This document shows, piece by piece, positions 1 to 9,630 of a DNA stretch of 29,214 nucleotides (position 1 is its first letter; each line of letters starts with the position of its first letter). Origin of the DNA: a virus (Duplodnaviria > Heunggongvirae > Uroviricota > Caudoviricetes); IMG/VR virus record IMGVR_UViG_3300017705_000602. One strand, given 5' to 3'. The position numbers and the translations under genes were made by a program. The notes below the pieces were generated by a model. The model was not told the DNA's origin. It saw only the letters and a list, made by a program, of their open reading frames with translations, and ran no database searches.

Positions 1-3000
1 TGGCAGAACGATCAGTAATTGAAGGGTTTGGACCCGGTGTCAAAAAATGGGCATCGGAAGAAACCGCTAGCGAAATCGCTAAAACTTTAAGCGATATGTA
101 CGACTTGTCAAAAAGTCAACAAAAAGAACTAGCAAAAGTTGCTGCCAAAGCCAGTAAAGGATTTGACACCAGTGCATTAAAAGATTTAGAAGATGCCCTT
201 GGCGATGTTGAAGATGCAATCGAAGATAAAACAGAAGCAGTGCGCGAATCAACTAGCACTCAAAAGAAAGCATCTTTATCTACCAAACTGTTCAGTAGCA
301 TGATAACCAAGGCAGGATCAGCCGTTGGACTTGCTTTTGGTAATGTCACTGCCGCAATGTTCAACCAAGCAAACATCGTTGCAGATTTAAACAGAAACGG
401 AATACAATTGTCCGGTGGTTTCGGACAACTGCAAAATGGGCTAACTGTGTTTGGGGCATCAGCCGCAGAAGCAAATTTGTCTTTTAGTGAACTGGCAAAC
501 CTTACCAAGGAATACGGTGCAACATTAAACAAGTTTGGAATACGTGCGTTTGCTGAAACTTCCAACCGTGTAACACGAGATTTAGAAAAGCTAGGCATAT
601 CATCGGCTGAAAGTTCGGAGTTAGTTGCTGAGTATCTAAAAGCCAGACGCTTTATGACGTATCAGGAAACACTAACACAGCAACAACAAACTGCCGCCGC
701 TACCAATTTTATCAAACAAATTGACGAATACAGCATGGCTTTCGGTGAAGCAAGAACTGAACTTGCTAAAAGTGTATCTGAATCATTGCAACAAACAGAC
801 GTTGCGGCATTTTTAGCAGGACAAGAACAGTCAGTAGTAAGTGTGTTTGAAAACATGGCAGCCAAATTAGGCGGAACACAATTTGCAGATCTAAGAAACG
901 CAATCACTGAAGCCGCTGTAAATCCATATACTCAGCAAACCGAACTGTTTGATGCACTTCGCCGAGGTGGTGCAAGTGATGCAATGAACGCACTAATTGA
1001 TTTATCCGAAGCCGCTAAATCTGGTAATCAGGCGTTATCCGATATAAAGTTCGAAGAATTTATGGAATCTCTCGAAGGTGCTAATGTCGAAATGTCGCAA
1101 CGCATCGGGGTCGAAGGCCAGGCATTAAGACAGTTTGTTAATTTAGCAAAACGCCGAGCAGACTTAATGGAAAATCAAAACGATTTCGAGCGTAGCAGTG
1201 CCGCCAGAGTAACTGCAATGCAAAATTCATTTCGTAATATAAGTTTGTTTTTCGAACGTGCCGCTGCCAGTGTTTTTGGAGACCCGGCAGTAATTGAAGC
1301 CATGGACCAAGCGTTAACAGAACTTTCTGATTTATTTAACGAAGCCGCACCAGCACTGTCGACAACAATGGCAAACTTAATAAGGGGCATTGTACCTTTT
1401 GTTGCTAAGTTACAACCTTTGCTTGAAAAAGCAGTTGACAAGTTAAACGAGTGGACAAAGGATCTTGAAAAATTTACAGAAAGTGGTAGCTTAACTGAAA
1501 TATGGGACAAGCTTGACTTCTCGGCAATTGTTCCTTCAATCGGCGGTGCAATAGCACTTGCTATAGGCGCTACTGCCGCCGGTGCAATTATAGGCGGCGC
1601 CATAGCAAGCGGAGTAGCAGGATTACTATCAAGAGTAGCATTTGGTAAAACAGGCGGTGGCGGTTTATTTGGTAATATGTTCAAAGGCATCGGTAAAGGT
1701 GTCGGCGGTGCATTAACTGCATTGGCAACTGGATTAACTGCTTTTGGTAAAGCAGGACCAGCTGTGCTAAAAGGTGCAGTTATATTAGCCGCAGTAATCC
1801 CGATTATTGGCGCAGGTATAGCAGGCGCAACTTGGATTATGGGCAAAGCATTACCGACATTTGCCGAAGGGCTCAAAGGCTTCGAAGATCTTAACGGAGA
1901 TAATTTAGCAAAAGTTGGTGCAGGAGTAATGAAGCTTGGTGCAGGCTTAGCCGCAATGGCGGCAGCTAAATTAGGAGATTTGTTTGGGTCAATAGGCGAA
2001 TCAATTTTTGCATTCTTTGGCGGTGAAAAAGACGGACCTATCGAATTGCTCACAATGTTTGCAAACATAGCCGATCAGGTCGGACCTGGTATTAGCAAAC
2101 TAGGCGATTCGTTGCAAAAATTTGTACCTTCGTTAAAACAATTGTTAGACACTGCCGCAGATGCAAAAGATATCGATCTTACTAACTTTATGAGTACACT
2201 GGACGGTTTATTGACTTCTGGTGTAGGTAATATAACACTGGATGTACCAACTGTTATTGCAGATTCTCGTGTAATAGACACTACTCAGTTAGAATCAAAA
2301 ATCGACAATGCGCTAGGTGTACTTTCAACTGATCACGATTTTGAAGTTGTAACTCGTGTAGATTCAAAATCATCGCCTGCTGAACACAAAAGAATGCTAG
2401 AGAATCAAATACGTTCGATGTATCAGGAATTAGAATCAGCAGAGAAAGCAAAAGCATCCTCAGAAGATCTTTCAGAAATACGCGACAGAATCAATCACTT
2501 TAACGACATGTTGTCCGGCGTTTCGCAGATTAACGGTATTACACTGGATGGTGAAAGAATATCTAGAGAAATGGCACTAGTTGGCGATTCAGTAAAATCG
2601 GTTGTTAATGCAGACACTGGTGGTATGCAACGTTCAGTGAATGCAATGAAGAATGCATCGCAAGGAATGGTATCTGCATTGAGTCCAGAGGATATAGCCA
2701 AGTTAGAAAGTAAACGAGCAGCATTAGTTCGATTTATTGATAAGGCCGAAGATGCAGGCCGTGGTAACCAAGGCAGTATGCGAATGGTAAAAGCAAGACT
2801 CGATGCCATTAATCAAATACTTAACCAACAGAACCAAGACAGTACGCCAGCGGATTTTAACGGCGTCCTTGCAAACTCGGGTATTAGTGAGTTACCAGGT
2901 GCAATCGATAAAGAAACAAATTCACTCGAAGCGGCAATATCTCGATATCTTGCAGAGTTTTCGAGACTTGAGAATATTAAACCAATAAGCAATTCGGCTA

Positions 3001-3332
3001 GAGTTGAATATTCTCCGCTAATGGCATCGGAATCGAATCCAACTGTATCGCCACTGAAACCTCAGTATCAACAAGTTGACTTCACTAAACCTCCTGCACA
3101 AATTGCAAGTCCAGAAAACAACGAAACAGTTCAAGAAGTTGCAGAGCAAAGTACACAGAATCCTGAGATAAGCAACACAAATGTCGCCCAGCGAGCACCG
3201 GAGGGCGAAACCGAGATAAATACACTAATAAAAGAACAGAACAAGATATTATCCGGCTTAACAATTGCCATGGAAACAAATAATAAAAGATTGAAATCAC
3301 TTGTTCGACTTGGAGAAGAAAGAAACAGTTAA
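1..3332 (+). CDS. Tape-measure-like tail protein, 5' truncated by the window (about 1110 aa)
   Basis: The frame of ORF 96..3332 is open back to the window edge. The window begins TGGCAGAA, so an ATG is probably missing only its A (MAERSVIEGFGPGVKKWASEETA...). The protein is long, Ala/Leu-rich and helical, with Gly/Ala-rich hydrophobic stretches in the middle, and lies directly upstream of the portal. Function is inferred from composition and position. Confidence 0.65.
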   Translation, partial: AERSVIEGFGPGVKKWASEETASEIAKTLSDMYDLSKSQQKELAKVAAKASKGFDTSALKDLEDALGDVEDAIEDKTEAVRESTSTQKKASLSTKLFSSMITKAGSAVGLAFGNVTAAMFNQANIVADLNRNGIQLSGGFGQLQNGLTVFGASAAEANLSFSELANLTKEYGATLNKFGIRAFAETSNRVTRDLEKLGISSAESSELVAEYLKARRFMTYQETLTQQQQTAAATNFIKQIDEYSMAFGEARTELAKSVSESLQQTDVAAFLAGQEQSVVSVFENMAAKLGGTQFADLRNAITEAAVNPYTQQTELFDALRRGGASDAMNALIDLSEAAKSGNQALSDIKFEEFMESLEGANVEMSQRIGVEGQALRQFVNLAKRRADLMENQNDFERSSAARVTAMQNSFRNISLFFERAAASVFGDPAVIEAMDQALTELSDLFNEAAPALSTTMANLIRGIVPFVAKLQPLLEKAVDKLNEWTKDLEKFTESGSLTEIWDKLDFSAIVPSIGGAIALAIGATAAGAIIGGAIASGVAGLLSRVAFGKTGGGGLFGNMFKGIGKGVGGALTALATGLTAFGKAGPAVLKGAVILAAVIPIIGAGIAGATWIMGKALPTFAEGLKGFEDLNGDNLAKVGAGVMKLGAGLAAMAAAKLGDLFGSIGESIFAFFGGEKDGPIELLTMFANIADQVGPGISKLGDSLQKFVPSLKQLLDTAADAKDIDLTNFMSTLDGLLTSGVGNITLDVPTVIADSRVIDTTQLESKIDNALGVLSTDHDFEVVTRVDSKSSPAEHKRMLENQIRSMYQELESAEKAKASSEDLSEIRDRINHFNDMLSGVSQINGITLDGERISREMALVGDSVKSVVNADTGGMQRSVNAMKNASQGMVSALSPEDIAKLESKRAALVRFIDKAEDAGRGNQGSMRMVKARLDAINQILNQQNQDSTPADFNGVLANSGISELPGAIDKETNSLEAAISRYLAEFSRLENIKPISNSARVEYSPLMASESNPTVSPLKPQYQQVDFTKPPAQIASPENNETVQEVAEQSTQNPEISNTNVAQRAPEGETEINTLIKEQNKILSGLTIAMETNNKRLKSLVRLGEERNS
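3215..3224 (+). promoter_or_regulatory. Candidate phage late promoter GATAAATACA, inside the 3' end of the tape-measure gene and upstream of the portal
   Basis: The same 10-mer occurs at 10606 (+) and 28843 (-), each upstream of structural genes. It is one mismatch from the T4 late promoter TATAAATA. Confidence 0.55.
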
Positions 3333-3380
3333 TTGCTGTTTGCTCCGAGTATGAATACAAAAAAAGGAAAAGCATAGACC

Positions 3381-5093
3381 ATGTCATGGAAAAAGTATTT
3401 CAAGCCTGTAAATTCGGTACTTCCGTCGAATACAATTTCGAGTAACGATTCCTATGCAACCGTTAACAAGTACAATAACTGGTTGCCAGAAATTTACGAA
3501 GGCCCAACTGACAGATTACAGCGTTACCAGATTTACGAAACAATGGATCTTGATCATGAAGTACACCATGCATTAGATACTATCGCAGATTTTTCAACAG
3601 AAAAAGATGCACAGTCTAAAAAGCCTTTTGTAATTGATTATCACGAAGAACCAAGTCCGAAAGAAATTGAAATCATTTCTCGTGTGCTTAAACAGTGGTG
3701 CATACTTAACGAGTTCGACAAACGTTTATGGAAAATGTTTAGATCGACCCTGATGTATGGCGACCAATTTTTTATTCGTGACCCAGAAACATACAAGTTG
3801 TTCTGGTGCGACCCGAACAAAGTAACCAAGGTTGTTGTTAACGAAAGCGAAGGCAAGAAAATTGAGTCTTACTTTATAAAAGATCTTGACTTAAACATCG
3901 GTGAAATGATTGCTACTACTCAAGGTCAGGGACACAATGGTGCCTACGGTGGAGCAGACAGTATTATGTTTTCTGCACCACTTAACGGTGCTGTAGGTTA
4001 CGGCACCCAAACAACAAACTCGGCGATTTCAGATGGTAAATTTGGCGAAGCAGGCGAAGTGCCAGTAAATGCAAACCATGTTGTTCATATGTCACTGTGC
4101 GACGGTATGACAGGTGAATGGCCATTTGGTACTTCTGTACTTGAGTATGTTTACAAAGTATACAAGCAAAAAGAATTATTAGAAGATTCGATACTGATTT
4201 ATCGTGTCCACAGAGCACCAGAAAGACGTGTATTCTTTATCGATGTTGGTTCAATGCCACCAAACAAAGCACAGCAGTATCTAGAGCGTGTTAAATACGA
4301 AGTTCAGCAAAAGCGTATTCCAAGCAGAGACGGTGGCGGTAACAGTGTAGTTGATTCTGCATACAACCCTATGTCATCTCTAGAAGATTACTTCTTTGCT
4401 ACTACACCAGAAGGTCGCGGTTCTAAAGTTGAAACATTACCAGGTGGTGATAACTTAGGCGACATCGACGACTTACGATACTTTAACAACAAAGTACTCA
4501 GGGCACTTGCTGTACCAAGTTCGTACTTGCCAAGCGGTCCAGAAGATGGATCTGCAGGTTACAACGATGGTCGCGTAGGCACAGCGTTTATACAAGAGTT
4601 TAGATTTTCTAAAGTATGTGAGCGTTATCAGCAACAACTAGCTAAAACGTTTGATAAAGAGTTCAAACTTTTTCTTAAAAAGAAAGGCGTTCAAATTGAC
4701 AGTTCGTTGTTCACATTAGAATTCCCAGAGCCACAATCGTTCTCAGAATACAGACAGCTTGAGTTAGACTCTGCGAAAATTAACACATTTGCATCAATGT
4801 CAGAAGTTCCGTATTTGTCAAAGCGTTTTGCACTTAAACGTTACTTAGGTCTTACAGACGAAGAAATAAACGAAAACGAAAGATTATGGCGTGAAGAAAA
4901 AGGGTTAAGCAATAACGACAGCCCAGACGCTAAGGCTGATTTAAGTTCAGCAGGAATAACATCCAGTGGCATTGACACTATGGCACCCGAAGGCGGCTTC
5001 GACGACGAGTTTGCTGACGAAGGCGACTTAGGCGATGATATCACTGATGATGATATAGACGGATTCGGAGACGAACCAGGAGATGAAGAATAA
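3381..5093 (+). CDS. gp20: Portal vertex protein, T4 gp20-like (570 aa)
   Basis: Motifs typical of the T4-like portal: LIYRVHRAPERRVFFIDVG, MSSLEDYFF, GRGSKVETLPGGDNLGDIDDLRYF, LAVPSSYL. Acidic C-terminal tail. Sits ahead of protease, scaffold and capsid genes. Confidence 0.95.
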   Translation: MSWKKYFKPVNSVLPSNTISSNDSYATVNKYNNWLPEIYEGPTDRLQRYQIYETMDLDHEVHHALDTIADFSTEKDAQSKKPFVIDYHEEPSPKEIEIISRVLKQWCILNEFDKRLWKMFRSTLMYGDQFFIRDPETYKLFWCDPNKVTKVVVNESEGKKIESYFIKDLDLNIGEMIATTQGQGHNGAYGGADSIMFSAPLNGAVGYGTQTTNSAISDGKFGEAGEVPVNANHVVHMSLCDGMTGEWPFGTSVLEYVYKVYKQKELLEDSILIYRVHRAPERRVFFIDVGSMPPNKAQQYLERVKYEVQQKRIPSRDGGGNSVVDSAYNPMSSLEDYFFATTPEGRGSKVETLPGGDNLGDIDDLRYFNNKVLRALAVPSSYLPSGPEDGSAGYNDGRVGTAFIQEFRFSKVCERYQQQLAKTFDKEFKLFLKKKGVQIDSSLFTLEFPEPQSFSEYRQLELDSAKINTFASMSEVPYLSKRFALKRYLGLTDEEINENERLWREEKGLSNNDSPDAKADLSSAGITSSGIDTMAPEGGFDDEFADEGDLGDDITDDDIDGFGDEPGDEE

Positions 5094-5293
5094 TGAAAGC
5101 ACGTGATTTGTTAACGGAATTTTACGATCCGTCACATGACGAAATTATGAAAGCTGATTACGATGATACAAGACGACCGCGTTTGACGTTGTCACATATA
5201 CACAAAATGCGCAAGTCTAGAGATGCAGAGCGGGTAGATAAAAAAGAGTACTTAGATTTTCTACCTAGTATGTACGACCAAACGCAAGAATAA
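5093..5293 (+). CDS. Small hypothetical protein coupled to the portal (66 aa), possibly a prohead core component
   Basis: TAATG overlap with the portal stop. It occupies the T4 gp67/gp68 position and has an N-terminal L-x-E motif (LLTE). Confidence 0.7.
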   Translation: MKARDLLTEFYDPSHDEIMKADYDDTRRPRLTLSHIHKMRKSRDAERVDKKEYLDFLPSMYDQTQE

Positions 5294-5306
5294 ATATATT
5301 ACGATC

Positions 5307-5344
5307 AAAAACGGCTTATTTTTACCCTGTAATAAGCCGTTTTT
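5307..5344 (+). terminator. Perfect 14-bp inverted repeat (AAAAACGGCTTATT / AATAAGCCGTTTTT, 10-nt loop); terminator-like or RNA processing hairpin
   Basis: Read directly from the sequence. Intergenic, with A and T tracts at the ends of the stem. Confidence 0.6.
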
Positions 5345-5399
5345 CTGCTCATTATATTAAATATAATTGAAATAAATTATCTAAAGGAGACTGATAGCA

Positions 5400-6257
5400 A
5401 TGTCTACACCAAGAACAAACGATCTAGAGCAGATCCTCGAGCACTTAGTGAACGAAGATACTGATAAAGCAGAATCGTTATTGCACGAATATATCGTTGC
5501 TAAATCTCGTTCTATATATGAATCCGTTGTCAACGAAGAAGACGACGACTGCGATTCAATGGATGACGAAGTTGACAACGAAGAAGAAGTCAAAGAAGAT
5601 TTCGGCGGTGACGAAAAAGAAGATTTTATAGCTGACATTGAAGCCGATAGTGGCGACATTGAAGCCGATGAAGTTAACGACGGTGAAGTCGAAGACGACT
5701 CTGAAGGCGACAGCGAAGAAGATACAGAAGACCGTATCGAAGATTTAGAAAGCCAGCTTGATGCATTGCGTGCCGAATTCGACACACTTATGGGTCAGGA
5801 AATGGAAGAACCATATCACGATGAAACTGAATTTGCAGGCGACTACTCAGACGCCGGCGAAGCAGACGACGAGATGATGGACAGCATGCACATGGAAAAC
5901 ATCGAAGAAGCAACTAAGATGCAAGACGAAGTTTCTGTAAGCATGGATAAAGAAGGCGAATACGCAGGTACTGGCGACAAGTCAGAAAAGGCAAAAGTGA
6001 ATACTAAGAGCACTTATAGTAATGCACAAGCCAAAGGCGAATCTCGCGCAGTAGACTTTACTAAAGGTAATGGCGAAACAGGTGGTTCAGCTGAAAAGCC
6101 GAAAGACCATACTCCGTCTGACAACATGGACGAAGAGCCTAAAAATGTAAGCGGTACATATGACGAAGACGAAAGCGGGTACGTAGGTACTGGCAAGAAC
6201 TCTAAACGTGGTAAAGTACAAGCACATAGCCCTTTATCTAAAAAACCGACTGAATAA
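5400..6257 (+). CDS. Acidic prohead core/scaffold-associated protein (285 aa; positional analog of T4 gp67/68)
   Basis: AAGGAG RBS at 5384-5389. Extremely D/E-rich. Lies between portal and protease and has several (L/I/V)-x-E putative processing sites. Confidence 0.7.
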   Translation: MSTPRTNDLEQILEHLVNEDTDKAESLLHEYIVAKSRSIYESVVNEEDDDCDSMDDEVDNEEEVKEDFGGDEKEDFIADIEADSGDIEADEVNDGEVEDDSEGDSEEDTEDRIEDLESQLDALRAEFDTLMGQEMEEPYHDETEFAGDYSDAGEADDEMMDSMHMENIEEATKMQDEVSVSMDKEGEYAGTGDKSEKAKVNTKSTYSNAQAKGESRAVDFTKGNGETGGSAEKPKDHTPSDNMDEEPKNVSGTYDEDESGYVGTGKNSKRGKVQAHSPLSKKPTE

Positions 6258-6272
6258 TTTAGGGATTTAGCA

Positions 6273-6902
6273 ATGGCAGCAAAGCTATATGAATATATGC
6301 CTTTTGATAAAGGTCATATGAAGATAGAAGAAAGTGTTATGGACGGCAAGAAAGAATGCTTTATGAAAGGCATTTTTATCCAAGGCGATGTCCGTAACCA
6401 AAACCAGCGTGTTTACCCATTGCGTGAAATTTCTAGAGCAGTCGATTCGTTGAACCAAAAAATCAATGGTGGATATACAGTCTTAGGTGAGCTCGATCAT
6501 CCTGAAGAGCTCACCATCAACTTAGATCGTGTGTCACACATCATTGAAAATATGTGGATTGATGGTTCTGACGGTTACGGAAGTCTAAAAATTATCGACA
6601 CGCCACTGGGACAAATTGTTAAAACATTGCTTCAGTCGGGAGCCAAACTTGGTGTAAGTTCTCGTGGTTCTGGCAGCGTAGACGATAACGGCAGCGTAGC
6701 TGACTTTGATATTGTTACAGTAGATATCGTAGCTCAGCCAAGTGCGCCGGACGCCTACCCAAGAACCATATACGAAAGTCTTTACAACATGAAAGGCGGT
6801 GCGCAGATAATGGAAACAGCAGAATCGTCTCTTTATGACCCATCTGCGCAAACACATCTCGATAAAGAGATAATTAAGTACATAAAAGAGATGAAAATTT
6901 AG
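6273..6902 (+). CDS. gp21: Prohead core protease, T4 gp21-like (209 aa)
   Basis: GIFIQGDVRNQNQRVYP, catalytic His motif GELDHP, catalytic Ser motif GVSSRGSG, and DIVAQPSAPDAY. Confidence 0.95.
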   Translation: MAAKLYEYMPFDKGHMKIEESVMDGKKECFMKGIFIQGDVRNQNQRVYPLREISRAVDSLNQKINGGYTVLGELDHPEELTINLDRVSHIIENMWIDGSDGYGSLKIIDTPLGQIVKTLLQSGAKLGVSSRGSGSVDDNGSVADFDIVTVDIVAQPSAPDAYPRTIYESLYNMKGGAQIMETAESSLYDPSAQTHLDKEIIKYIKEMKI

Positions 6903-6912
6903 GAGACTCAAG

Positions 6913-8025
6913 ATGGCAAATGATTTAGGAAAAATCTTGGGTGAAAACGCAAATTTATCTGAAGCGGTTCAATCACAAATCAACGAAGCCTGGAAAGAAA
7001 AGCTTGAAGAAGCACGTTCCGAACTTCGTGAAGAGTATGCTCGCAAATACGAGCATGACAAAGCTGTAATGGCAGAGTCGGTTGATAAGTTTATTACTGA
7101 TAAAATTCGCGTCGAACTCGAAGAATTTGCCGAGGATAAAACCAAACTAGTACAAGAACGTGTTGCTTATCGTCGTAAGATGAAAGAGCATGCGGCTTTA
7201 GTAGATAAGTTTATCGTCGAGCAAGTTTCCAAAGAAATCAAAGAGTTCCACACAGACAAGCAGAAGATGGCTGAAAACTTCAAGAAACTTGAAAACTTCA
7301 CCCTGAAACAATTGTCTGAAGAAATTCGTGAGTTCCGTTCTGATAAGCGTAAGCTAGTTGAACAGAAAGTTCGTATGGTAGCCGAAGGCAAGAAGCAACT
7401 GCAAAGTGCTAAAGAAAAGTTCATTGCAAGAGCATCGCAAATTGTTGAAGCAAATATCGACAGTACGCTGAAGAGAGAAATCTCCCAGTTTAAAGAAGAT
7501 ATTCAATCCGCACGAGAAAACGAATTCGGTAGACGTATCTTTGAATCTTTTGCAAGCGAGTTTTTAACTTCATACCTTAACGAAGGTTCTGAAATTAATA
7601 AACTTCAGCAAGCTATTAAAGCAAAAGAACAGGAAATTAACTCACTTAATGAAAGTGTCGCTGCCAAAGCAGAGAAAACTTCATTACTTGAATCGCAACT
7701 TAAAGTTGCTAAAGATCGAAATGTACGTTCACGTGCGCTAGGAAAGTTACTAAAACCTCTATCGCAAGAAAAACGTACTGTAATGAAAGATCTTTTAGAA
7801 TCGGTTGCAACAAAAGATCTTGATACTGCTTTTGATAAGTATCTACCAGCAGTATTAAACGAATCTGTAACAGCAGGTAATAAAGAGTCAGGTAAACGTG
7901 CTTTAACTGAATCTAGAAAATCTGAGAAGACAGGTAATAGGCCTAAGCAGGCCCTCAATGAACATGCTAGCCAAGATGACAGCTATTTAGCTGACATAAT
8001 CAAACTAGCAGGAATTAATAAGTAA
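6913..8025 (+). CDS. gp22: Prohead scaffolding protein, T4 gp22-like (370 aa)
   Basis: Charged coiled-coil sequence between the protease and the major capsid gene, with a GGAG RBS and repeated L-x-E sites (LNES twice, LLES, LTES, LNEH). Confidence 0.85.
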   Translation: MANDLGKILGENANLSEAVQSQINEAWKEKLEEARSELREEYARKYEHDKAVMAESVDKFITDKIRVELEEFAEDKTKLVQERVAYRRKMKEHAALVDKFIVEQVSKEIKEFHTDKQKMAENFKKLENFTLKQLSEEIREFRSDKRKLVEQKVRMVAEGKKQLQSAKEKFIARASQIVEANIDSTLKREISQFKEDIQSARENEFGRRIFESFASEFLTSYLNEGSEINKLQQAIKAKEQEINSLNESVAAKAEKTSLLESQLKVAKDRNVRSRALGKLLKPLSQEKRTVMKDLLESVATKDLDTAFDKYLPAVLNESVTAGNKESGKRALTESRKSEKTGNRPKQALNEHASQDDSYLADIIKLAGINK

Positions 8026-8041
8026 ATAGGAGATTTAAGAA

Positions 8042-9217
8042 ATGGCTAATAAGCTTTTCGAATCAAACTGGAGCAATACTAAAGACGCTCTATTAGAAGG
8101 TCTGCAAGGTTCCCGTAAGAAGAATATGGGAGTTGTTCTAGAAAACACTCGTCAACAAATGTTGAAAGAAAGTGCAACTCAAGGTGCAACCCAAGCAGGT
8201 AACATCGCAGTATTAAACAAAGTTATGCTACCATTGATTAGACGTGTAATGCCTACGGTTATTGCAAACGAAATCATGGGTGTTCAGCCAATGACTGGTC
8301 CTGTTGGACAAATCCACACTTTACGTCTGCGTTATTCAGATACTAAAGCTGGTGTAACAGCAGGTACAGAAGCATTATCACCGTTTGAGCTTGCAAAAGC
8401 TTACGCAGGTAACGAAAATGCTTCAGATCCAGCGGCAGCACAAACAGCGGCACTTGAAGGTCGTCCTGGTAACAGAATGAGCATCCAGATCTTGAAAGAG
8501 ACTGTGGAAGCGAAATCTCGTAAGTTAAGCGCTCGTTGGACTTTTGAGTCTGCACAAGACGCTAACGCAATCCACGGTATCGATATCGAAGCAGAAATCA
8601 TGCAAGCACTAGCCCAAGAGATTACTGTTGAGATTGACCAAGAGATGCTTGAAAATCTACGTCAACTAGTTGGCACAGCGCCAGTAGAGTTCGACCAAGC
8701 GGCAGTTAGCGGTACAGCTACTTACGTTGGTGACGAACATGCGGCACTTGCTGTACAAATTAACCAACAAGCGAACCTTGTTGCGGCACGTACAAGACGT
8801 GGTGCGGCTAACTGGGCAGTTGTTTCGCCAACTACGCTTACAATTTTACAGTCAGCTACAACTTCAAGCTTTGCACGTACTACAGAAGGTACTTTTGAAG
8901 CGCCTACAAATACTAAATTTGTTGGTACATTGAACTCAACTATGCGCGTATATGTTGACCAGTATGCAGCCGATAACGAAGCAGTATTGCTTGGTTATAA
9001 AGGTGATACTGAAACTGATGCGGCAGCATATTACTGTCCTTACATTCCGTTAATGAGCACTGGCCCAGTAATGGATCCGGATACGTTCGAGCCGGTAGTA
9101 AGCTTTATGACTCGTTACGGGTACTTAGAACTTACTAACACTGCGAACTCTTTCGGTAACGCGGCAGATTATCTATCTAAAGTTGGTATTAACACTACTA
9201 ACCTACAGTTCTTCTAA
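8042..9217 (+). CDS. gp23: Major capsid protein, T4 gp23-like (391 aa)
   Basis: Motifs LIRRVMP, GVQPMTGPVGQI, SRKLSARWTFE, AQDANAIHGIDIEAE, EITVEIDQE, YCPYIPL and FMTRYG. AGGAG RBS. Confidence 0.97.
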   Translation: MANKLFESNWSNTKDALLEGLQGSRKKNMGVVLENTRQQMLKESATQGATQAGNIAVLNKVMLPLIRRVMPTVIANEIMGVQPMTGPVGQIHTLRLRYSDTKAGVTAGTEALSPFELAKAYAGNENASDPAAAQTAALEGRPGNRMSIQILKETVEAKSRKLSARWTFESAQDANAIHGIDIEAEIMQALAQEITVEIDQEMLENLRQLVGTAPVEFDQAAVSGTATYVGDEHAALAVQINQQANLVAARTRRGAANWAVVSPTTLTILQSATTSSFARTTEGTFEAPTNTKFVGTLNSTMRVYVDQYAADNEAVLLGYKGDTETDAAAYYCPYIPLMSTGPVMDPDTFEPVVSFMTRYGYLELTNTANSFGNAADYLSKVGINTTNLQFF

Positions 9218-9242
9218 ACACCAGTTTACAAGAGATAATTTT

Positions 9243-9268
9243 AAAAAAGCGCCCTTTGGCGCTTTTTT
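9243..9268 (+). terminator. Rho-independent terminator after the capsid gene (AAAAAAGCGCC-CTTT-GGCGCTTTTTT)
   Basis: GC stem, 4-nt loop and 6-T tail 25 nt after the capsid stop. Symmetrical, so possibly bidirectional. Confidence 0.9.
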
Positions 9269-9269
9269 A

Positions 9270-9298
9270 TTGACTTCTGTTTCGTGACGCTGTATGCT
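9270..9298 (+). promoter_or_regulatory. Sigma70-type promoter TTGACT-N17-TATGCT
   Basis: -35 at 9270-9275 and -10 at 9293-9298 with 17-nt spacing. It lies immediately after the terminator and 30 nt before ORF 9328. Confidence 0.65.
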
Positions 9299-9327
9299 TA
9301 TTGCATTGTACAAATTGAGTAGCTACC

Positions 9328-9609
9328 ATGAAAGTAAAATATACGCATAACGGTTATTCAATTAACTTACTATCCCCTTTGCGATTATACGTAAACGGTA
9401 CCTGGCTTAAAGTTAAGCCAATTTGGTATTATAAAGACACTCTAATTGTAGAGAATATCGATACACGGTTACGAGGTATAACTATAACCACAGTTGATTT
9501 ATTGTGGCATTTTACTACAGCAGACGCAAAACAAATCAGAGCAGATAAAGGGAAACTATCTCTCCGTGATAAATTAAGCTTTGTTCTAAGGAGCAAAGAA
9601 CTACCGTAA
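9328..9609 (+). CDS. Hypothetical protein (93 aa)
   Basis: The ORF fills the gap between the promoter and the nuclease gene. RBS is weak and no motif is recognisable. Confidence 0.55.
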   Translation: MKVKYTHNGYSINLLSPLRLYVNGTWLKVKPIWYYKDTLIVENIDTRLRGITITTVDLLWHFTTADAKQIRADKGKLSLRDKLSFVLRSKELP

Positions 9610-9630
9610 ACAAAATGCAAGGATGCATAC

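Noticed and set aside
260-2809. Antisense ORFs over the tape-measure gene (e.g. 1175..2068, 297 aa)
   Set aside because: They lie wholly opposite a long coding gene, have no recognisable motifs, and are the expected shadow of codon bias.
8021-8028. AGTAAATA before the capsid gene as a late promoter
   Set aside because: It is formed by the scaffold stop codon abutting the AGGAG RBS. A transcript starting there would probably lose its RBS, and it lacks the GAT...CA context.
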